From Saprospiraceae bacterium (GTDB lineage Bacteria > Bacteroidota > Bacteroidia > Chitinophagales > Saprospiraceae): DNA of 32,000 nt. The stretch is from assembly GCA_027488135.1 (NCBI GenBank), contig JAIYCH010000092.1:1680-33679 (forward strand), given 5' to 3'. A program made the position numbers and the translations under genes. This document shows positions 25,832 to 32,000 of this stretch, one piece after another; positions within the stretch are counted from its first letter, which is position 1, and each line of letters opens with the position of its first letter. The notes under the pieces were generated by a model. That model was given only the letters and a program-made list of their open reading frames with translations, made no database searches and was not told the DNA's origin.

Positions 25832-27235
25832 TCAAATATGAATGGCACGGTTACTTGTCGCTGCTAAAGCTGCTTCTTTTATAGCTTCAGAGTACGTTGG
25901 GTGTGCATGACTCATACGGCAAGCGTCTTCCGCTGAAGCTCTAAACTCCATTAAGGTTACCCCTTCCATTATTAAATCGGCCGCTCTTGCGCCTGTTATA
26001 TGTAAGCCCAAAATTTCATCTGTCTCAGCATGGCAAAGCATTTTTACCAACCCCTCTATATCTGTGCTGGCCCTTGCTCTTCCCAATGCTTTAAATGGAA
26101 ATTTACCTGACTTAAATGGAATGCCTGCCTCCTTCAACTGGGCCTCTGTCTGACCGACACCTGCCACTTCAGGCCAGGTATAAATAACATTGGGAATAAG
26201 ATTATAGTTAATATGAGGTTTTTGCCCTGCCATAACTTCAGCGACAAAAATACCCTCTTCTTCTGCTTTATGCGCCAACATAGGGCCTTGAATTACGTCA
26301 CCAACAGCATAAATGGTAGGGACAGAGGTTTGTAAATGTTCATTCACTTTTATCTTACCCTTTGCATCCACTGCTATACCAACATTTTCCAATCCAAGAT
26401 TATCGGTGTATGGTCTTCTTCCAATAGAAACCAGGCAATAATCTGCTGAAATTTCTACCTCCGTTTCAGTTCCCTTTTTTTTATAAAATACAGCCACCGA
26501 TGTATCAGAGGGCTCAACCCGGGTAACCTGCGCACTCAAATGGAAGGCTACTCCCATTTTTTGCATTGATTTTTGCAATTCTTTTACACATTCCGTGTCC
26601 ATGGAAGGGACTAAGGTATCCATAAACTCAATGACCTCTACTTTAGTTCCTAGTCTGGCATATACAGAACCTAGTTCCAAACCAATAACCCCTCCTCCTA
26701 TTACCACCATTTTTGAAGGAACCTCTTGAATACCTAAAGCCTCCGTTGAGGTAATTACTCTTTTCTTATTATAATTGAAAGCTTCCGGAACGATTGGTTT
26801 TGAACCGGTAGCAATGATAAATTTATTAGATTCCACCACTAAGGCTTCGCCATCATTTTTTAAGACTTTAATTTTATTGCTGTCAGTAAACGAAGCATGG
26901 CCGTGAAAAACATCAATCTTGTTTTTTTTCATCAAAAACTCAATGCCTTTTACAGTTTGATCAACCACCTCGTTTTTACGTTGAATCATTTTGGGCATAT
27001 CCACGCTCAGACTTCCCACGTTTATACCGTGACTGCTAAATTTTTCCTTAGCTGCAAAATAGTGTTCCGAAGAGTCTAACAGTGCTTTTGAAGGAATACA
27101 ACCTACGTTCAAACATGTGCCACCCAATGAATTATACTTTTCTACCAGAGCCGTTTTCATACCTAATTGCGCACATCTAATAGCTGCTACGTACCCTCCA
27201 GGACCTGCACCAATAACTGTTACATCATATTTCAT
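25832..27235 (-). CDS. lpdA: Dihydrolipoyl dehydrogenase (E3 component)
   Basis: FAD-binding motif GAGPGGYVAAIRCAQLG, redox-active disulfide GGTCLNVGCIPSK, and C-terminal HAHPTYSEA. I place the start at the ATG at 27235 (MKYDVTVIG) rather than the TTG at 27244. Confidence 0.9.
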   Translation of the reverse strand: MKYDVTVIGAGPGGYVAAIRCAQLGMKTALVEKYNSLGGTCLNVGCIPSKALLDSSEHYFAAKEKFSSHGINVGSLSVDMPKMIQRKNEVVDQTVKGIEFLMKKNKIDVFHGHASFTDSNKIKVLKNDGEALVVESNKFIIATGSKPIVPEAFNYNKKRVITSTEALGIQEVPSKMVVIGGGVIGLELGSVYARLGTKVEVIEFMDTLVPSMDTECVKELQKSMQKMGVAFHLSAQVTRVEPSDTSVAVFYKKKGTETEVEISADYCLVSIGRRPYTDNLGLENVGIAVDAKGKIKVNEHLQTSVPTIYAVGDVIQGPMLAHKAEEEGIFVAEVMAGQKPHINYNLIPNVIYTWPEVAGVGQTEAQLKEAGIPFKSGKFPFKALGRARASTDIEGLVKMLCHAETDEILGLHITGARAADLIMEGVTLMEFRASAEDACRMSHAHPTYSEAIKEAALAATSNRAIHI

Positions 27236-27345
27236 TACTGCCAAAATTTTTACGAATTTACAAACGAACTATACGATTTACTATTACAAACAACAATATC
27301 TGCTAAATATTTGTTCCTTGACACATTAAATGTAGCTTTCAAAAG

Positions 27346-28902
27346 CTAAGCTTCACCTTTTTGATTATTATCCTCTTTACGATTTTCATTTAATCTGTTT
27401 TCCGGCCGGTTACCGCCCTGACGAAATGGAGGACGATTCCCTTGTGGACGGTTACCTTGAGGAGGCCTGTTACCTTGTGGCCTGTTACCTTGCGGACGAT
27501 TTTCACCTGGCGATCTTTGTTCTGGTCTTGGTCCCTCATTCTGCCTGTTCCCAGTAGGTCTTTCCCCCGTATTTGGTCTTTCCGAAGGGTTTGGTCGGTT
27601 GCTTTGTTGGGGCCTGTTTCCTTGCACAGGTCTTTGATCAGACCTGTTATTTTCCTGGGGACGTCCCTCCGGACGATTTCCTGGTTGCTGCCTATTATCT
27701 GGTCTGTTTGGACCCGGTCTGTTTGTCGCTTGTTGAAGACGATTATCCGGTTCATTTCTGTCTTGATAACGGCTGCTTTTCTTTTTCTTTCTGCGAATTT
27801 CTTCTGGTAATTCAACTGCGCCGGTAACATCGGAATAATCCTTTCCACCACCTTCAAATTCATCAGGTTTCAGAATCCCTTCTATTTCCCTAAAATCAGG
27901 GAGTAAATTTCCCCTAACTGCCGACTGTTGTATTTCTTTAACCATATCAATGGTCTGCGGATACAATTTACCCCTACCATGATCGTGTTCATAAGCATAG
28001 AACAGTAAGCCTTTAAAAATATCCGTTTTAACTAAAATGGCTTTTCCTTTTTGTGTTTCCACCCTATCAGCTCGTTCAGGAAACGATTCTATGGCCTCCA
28101 TGTAGGTATCCAGTTCAAAATTGAGGCAGCATTTTAACCTACCACACTGACCCGACAATTTTGCCTGATTAATAGCCAGGTTCTGATATCTGGCTGCCGT
28201 GGTAGAAACTGATTTAAAATCAGACAACCAGGTGGAACAGCACAATTCTCTTCCACAAGAACCTATACCCCCAATTCTGGAAGATTCTTGTCTGGCTCCA
28301 ATTTGTCTCATTTCAATTTTAACTCTAAATTCTCTCGCAAAGATGCGAATCAATTCACGAAAATCAACTCTGCCATCAGCCGTATAATAGAAGGTAGCCT
28401 TTCTTTTATCTCCCTGATATTCAACATCTCCGATCTTCATATCTAAGTCTAAAGACCTGGAAATGGCTCTGGCTTTGATTAGCGTTGGAATATCCTGTTG
28501 ACGGGCATCATCCAATCTTTCAAGATCACGTTCATTGGCTAATCGAATAACCGAGGTAAAGACCGTATTTTCTCTTACTCTTTTTTTCTTTAATTGTAAG
28601 CGAACAAGCTCCCCCATCAAGGTAACTCTACCAACGTCATACCCTGTCCCGGTTTCTACGACAACATCGGCGCCAACATAAATTTCAGGTAAATTTTCAA
28701 GAATAAAGAAGCCTTTATGTGAGCCATTTTTGAAACTTACCTCCACTAAATCGAACGGATAAGCATCGCGAACATCCAAAGCAGACAACCAATCATAAGT
28801 ATTGAGTCTATTACATGAACCCGTAGCACAACTACCGTTACTTTTACACCCTTTTACCTCTCCATCACTTGTATTACACACTGTACAACCTGCACATCCC
28901 AT
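27346..28902 (-). CDS. PSP1-domain protein (YaaT/RicT-like) with a Cys-rich N-terminus and a long low-complexity C-terminal tail
   Basis: The PSP1-type core has paired Cys blocks, GSCGRELCCSTWL and GQCGRLKCCLNFE. The N-terminus is MGCAGCTVCNTSDGEVKGCKSNGSCATGSC. The position next to holB matches the Bacillus holB-yaaT arrangement. Confidence 0.8.
   Translation of the reverse strand: MGCAGCTVCNTSDGEVKGCKSNGSCATGSCNRLNTYDWLSALDVRDAYPFDLVEVSFKNGSHKGFFILENLPEIYVGADVVVETGTGYDVGRVTLMGELVRLQLKKKRVRENTVFTSVIRLANERDLERLDDARQQDIPTLIKARAISRSLDLDMKIGDVEYQGDKRKATFYYTADGRVDFRELIRIFAREFRVKIEMRQIGARQESSRIGGIGSCGRELCCSTWLSDFKSVSTTAARYQNLAINQAKLSGQCGRLKCCLNFELDTYMEAIESFPERADRVETQKGKAILVKTDIFKGLLFYAYEHDHGRGKLYPQTIDMVKEIQQSAVRGNLLPDFREIEGILKPDEFEGGGKDYSDVTGAVELPEEIRRKKKKSSRYQDRNEPDNRLQQATNRPGPNRPDNRQQPGNRPEGRPQENNRSDQRPVQGNRPQQSNRPNPSERPNTGERPTGNRQNEGPRPEQRSPGENRPQGNRPQGNRPPQGNRPQGNRPPFRQGGNRPENRLNENRKEDNNQKGEA
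27349..27813 (-). repeat. Coding low-complexity region (aa ~364-518) rich in N, R, P, Q, G and E, including tandem GNRPQ/GNRPP pentapeptides
   Basis: I count 11 NRP tripeptides plus ERP, GRP, QRP and PRP variants. The run GENRPQGNRPQGNRPPQGNRPQGNRPP corresponds to a 15-nt DNA periodicity around 27420-27500. The overlapping out-of-frame and antisense ORFs in the track are shadows of this region. Confidence 0.85.
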
Positions 28903-28965
28903 AATTTATTATTTATTATTGTTTCCTATACGGCCTTCTCCAAAATTAAAAAATGGATTAAAAAG

Positions 28966-30087
28966 CTATATATTAAAAAATTTATTTTGCATAATCTGAT
29001 GAAATTTAATGGACAAATCTAAAAACAAAATTTTAGGATTTGCATTTCTTTCCAAATGTGCAAAATTCTCATCGGCTAAATGAGCCATTTGTTCCAACTG
29101 TTTATCAGTCAGAATGGCTCTTAACTTTTCTGAAGTAGCTATCATTTCCTTAGGTATATTTGATTTTTCCTGACCTAAAATAGGTAAGACCAAAAGACCT
29201 CTAAAAAAATGTAAACTATATCTTATAAATATTTTTTGTTTCTCCTTTGTCCAAACGGATATTTCATCAACCCATCGGCTCATTTCCAGTCCATTTCCCT
29301 TATAACATTTTCTCATCCAGTCAATTAGAATACCAGCATTCAGATCTTCCTGTTCTGCCATTAAAGCAATGGCTTCAGAGAAACTACCGTTAGCCAATTG
29401 AATAACGGTATTGAGTTGTAAGTTGGTAACGGAAGGATAAATGCTCTTCAGTGTTTTATCCAATACCTCGTCAGTCAACAAAGGTACTTTAATCAATTGG
29501 CAACGAGACATAATCGTTTGCAATATTTGATCTGATTGTTCTGCAACGAGAATAAAATGAGTATCCGGTGGAGGTTCCTCCAGTATTTTCAGCAATCTGT
29601 TGCCCTCTTTACCTAAGTATTCCGGCAACCAGATAATCATAACGCGAACCTCCGCCTCGGCACATTTAAGACTTAATTTTCTTCTAATATTAAAACATTC
29701 CTCTTTATTGATGTTGGCTTGTTTATTGTCGGCGGCAATTTCATTTATCCAGTCATCTTTTGTAAAATAATGCTTTTTCATCAAAAGGTTTCGCCAAACT
29801 GGCAATAGATTATCACTGGTGACATCCTTTCCTGTAGTTGGAAAAGCAAAATGAACGTCTGGATGAAGGTATTTAAAAGAGCGGTTACAAGACGGACAGG
29901 CACCACAGGCTTCTCCCTGAACCGGGCTTGGGCAAACCATGGCATGCGCCATAGCGATAGCCAAAGGCAAAGCGCCAACACCTGAAGAACCTAAAAGCAA
30001 CACAGCATGAGGAACTTTATGCTGTATTATCATGCTTCGAATATTGTCCTTAACCCTTTCCTGACCTACAACCTCTGAAAATTTCAT
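28966..30087 (-). CDS. holB: DNA polymerase III subunit delta' (clamp-loader)
   Basis: HAVLLLGSSGVGALPLA is a degenerate P-loop lacking Lys, as expected for delta'. A Zn module CPSPVQGEACGACPSC and the SRC motif IMSRCQLIKV are present. Starting at the ATG at 30087 (MKFSEVVGQERV) avoids overlap with polA. Confidence 0.8.
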   Translation of the reverse strand: MKFSEVVGQERVKDNIRSMIIQHKVPHAVLLLGSSGVGALPLAIAMAHAMVCPSPVQGEACGACPSCNRSFKYLHPDVHFAFPTTGKDVTSDNLLPVWRNLLMKKHYFTKDDWINEIAADNKQANINKEECFNIRRKLSLKCAEAEVRVMIIWLPEYLGKEGNRLLKILEEPPPDTHFILVAEQSDQILQTIMSRCQLIKVPLLTDEVLDKTLKSIYPSVTNLQLNTVIQLANGSFSEAIALMAEQEDLNAGILIDWMRKCYKGNGLEMSRWVDEISVWTKEKQKIFIRYSLHFFRGLLVLPILGQEKSNIPKEMIATSEKLRAILTDKQLEQMAHLADENFAHLERNANPKILFLDLSIKFHQIMQNKFFNI

Positions 30088-30136
30088 TTGTGACGTAATA
30101 TTTTCCCATTCAATACAAAAATAAGTATAATAATGG

Positions 30137-32000
30137 CTAATGCGCCTCCAGCCAATTATTTCCACTTTTCACCTCAACCTCTATAGGAACTTTCAAAGAA
30201 GGCATAGCATGACACATTTTATCTCTTATGAGCAATGATAATTTTTCAACTTCCGCTTTTGGTACATCAAAAACTAATTCGTCATGTACCTGAAGAATCA
30301 TTTTCGCACCCCAGTTTCCACTTTTCAATTCTTTATGAATAGAAAGCATGGCCATTTTAATTAAATCGGCAGCTGAACCTTGAATTGGGGTATTAATAGC
30401 CATTCTTTCAGCATTACTTTTTTCCAGCGAGCTATTTGAATGAATATCCCTTAAAATTCTTTTTCGACCCATTAATGTCATGACGTAACCTTTTTTACGA
30501 GCCATATCAACGGTTTTCTCCATATAGGATTTTAGACCGTGATATTGTAAAAAGTAGGCATCAATCAATGTTTTCGATTCATTGCGGGAAATACCCAACT
30601 GCTTTGAAAGGTTGGTCGATCCAGCACCATAAATGATACTAAAATTAACAGTCTTCGCCCTATACCTTTGCTCTTTAGAAACCTCTTCATAAGGAATGGC
30701 AAATACTTTAGCCGCCGTTGCCCTGTGAATATCCTGACCCTTTTGAAAAGCCTCCAGCATACCTTCATCTCCACTTATTTCTGCAATAATCCTAAGCTCT
30801 ATTTGTGAGTAATCTGCCGCTACTAACACATGATTTTCGTCCCGTGGAATAAATGCTTCCCTCACTCTGGCGCCTTCCTCTGTTCGAATGGGAATATTCT
30901 GTAAATTTGGATTATTGGAGCTAAGCCTTCCCGTTGCGGTCAATGCCTGATTAAATGAAGAGTGAATTCTTTTGGTGTTCGGGTTCACCATATTGGGAAG
31001 AGCGTCAACGTAGGTTGATTTGAGTTTAGACAGACCTCTGTGATTAAGAATTTCTCCAATGATGGCGTGTTGCCCCTCCAGTTCCGCCAGTTTTTCCTCA
31101 TCCGTAGCATATTGTCCCGATTTAGTTTTCCTCCATTTGTAAGGTATTTTTAATTTGTCGAACAAAATTTCCCCTACTTGCTTAGGTGAAGCAATATTGA
31201 AAGAAGTGCCGGCAAGCTCGTAAATTTTATTTTCAAGAAGCTTTATTTCCTCCTTGAGTTGAATAGAATAGGTATTTAAAAAATGGACATCTACACGGAT
31301 ACCTTCATATTCCATATCAGCTAAAACCTTTAATAACGGCGCTTCCAGATGATTAAACAGCTCATATAAATTTTCTTTTATTAACAAAGGTTCTAAATGA
31401 TTTTTAAGTTGCATCGTTATATCTGCATCTTCGGCCGCATATTCCTTAACCAAATCCACTTCAATATTTCTCATAGTCTTCTGCCCCGCACCTTTTTTAC
31501 CAATCAACGAAGTAATAGAAACAGGTTTATAATCGAGGTAAGACTCCGCAAGATAATCCATGTTATGCCTCAATTCAGGTTCCAGAAGATAATGGGCAAT
31601 CATAGTATCAAAGAACGGACCTGGGAGTTCCACGCCATAATTTTTCATGACCATGGCATCGAACTTAATATTCTGACCGACCAATATTATTCGATTATTT
31701 TCCAACACAGGTCTTAATAAGTCAACCATTTCCATAGCGATTTTTCTATCTGCCGGAATAGAAATATACCAGGCGACACCCTTTTTGTAAGCAAAAGAAA
31801 TACCTACCAGATTGGCTAATGTAGCGTCAATATTATCTGTTTCTGTATCAAAGCAGATGGTATCTTGTTGTAAAAGTTTCTGGACCAACTTTTTTATTTC
31901 TGCAAGCTCTTCGACCAAATAATAGGTGTGGGGCGTATTCTCAATATTAAAATTGGCAATCCTAGCTGTTTTTTCAGATATATTTTCAGTCGTAGGTTCA
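30137..32000 (-). CDS. polA: DNA polymerase I, partial (5' part lies beyond the right window edge)
   Basis: Motif A is DYSQIELRI, motif B region is RYRAKTVNFSIIYGAG, and motif C is QVHDELVFD. My hand translation shows the frame stays open from 31918 to 32000 (...EPTTENISEKTARIANFNIENTPHTYY-LVEEL...). The track start at 31918 is therefore an internal TTG (Leu). Confidence 0.9.
   Translation of the reverse strand, partial: EPTTENISEKTARIANFNIENTPHTYYLVEELAEIKKLVQKLLQQDTICFDTETDNIDATLANLVGISFAYKKGVAWYISIPADRKIAMEMVDLLRPVLENNRIILVGQNIKFDAMVMKNYGVELPGPFFDTMIAHYLLEPELRHNMDYLAESYLDYKPVSITSLIGKKGAGQKTMRNIEVDLVKEYAAEDADITMQLKNHLEPLLIKENLYELFNHLEAPLLKVLADMEYEGIRVDVHFLNTYSIQLKEEIKLLENKIYELAGTSFNIASPKQVGEILFDKLKIPYKWRKTKSGQYATDEEKLAELEGQHAIIGEILNHRGLSKLKSTYVDALPNMVNPNTKRIHSSFNQALTATGRLSSNNPNLQNIPIRTEEGARVREAFIPRDENHVLVAADYSQIELRIIAEISGDEGMLEAFQKGQDIHRATAAKVFAIPYEEVSKEQRYRAKTVNFSIIYGAGSTNLSKQLGISRNESKTLIDAYFLQYHGLKSYMEKTVDMARKKGYVMTLMGRKRILRDIHSNSSLEKSNAERMAINTPIQGSAADLIKMAMLSIHKELKSGNWGAKMILQVHDELVFDVPKAEVEKLSLLIRDKMCHAMPSLKVPIEVEVKSGNNWLEAH

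Noticed and set aside
27390-27863. Three overlapping alternative-frame ORFs (27390-27863 minus, 27442-27810 plus, 27573-27827 plus) and a 15-nt DNA periodicity that could be mistaken for a repeat array
   Set aside because: They coincide with the NRP/GNRPQ low-complexity tail of the PSP1 gene. Stop-poor repetitive coding DNA is open in several frames. There is no spacer-repeat structure, so it is not a CRISPR array.

Overview
The window looks like a chromosomal segment of a Bacteroidota-type genome. Supporting signs are a T9SS/gliding-type C-terminal sorting domain, SprB-type repeats, a uppS-bamA pair and no obvious Shine-Dalgarno sequences. All family calls below come from motifs I recognise in the supplied translations, because no database search was possible. 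About 29 kb (3170-32000) is tightly packed housekeeping DNA. On the minus strand: fadD, a queD/PTPS-like gene, an inositol monophosphatase, hpt, an M28 peptidase and a lipoprotein. On the plus strand: a MacB/FtsX-type permease and a Wzx/Wzz/Wzy_C envelope trio. Next come crcB, uppS-bamA, rsgA, a PcrB/GGGPS-family prenyltransferase, an LptC-like lipoprotein and a 1002-aa T9SS-sorted SprB-repeat surface protein. The rest is pssA-purS-rsmI, lpd, and a replication-linked run of polA (partial, runs off the right edge), holB and a PSP1/RicT-like protein. The only clearly accessory region is the left 3.2 kb, which appears more AT-rich than the rest on two spot-counted 60-nt lines. It holds a stand-alone DUF262/DUF1524 (GmrSD-family) nuclease gene. 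That gene is bracketed by 159-bp imperfect direct repeats that duplicate the upstream region and first 17 codons of the next gene. The next gene is a GNAT-like ORF, followed 5 nt later by an ORF of 55 codons that is absent from the ORF track. I consider this the best candidate for something new: a defence cassette captured at a recombination hotspot, plus an uncharacterised two-gene module. I saw no CRISPR array, tRNA, rRNA, transposase or integrase. Secondary oddities are a PSP1 protein with a Cys-rich N-terminus and a ~155-aa NRP-repeat tail, a 470-bp AT-rich intergenic region with two plus-strand terminator-like hairpins but no plus-strand gene, and a 21-bp inverted repeat between queD and fadD.
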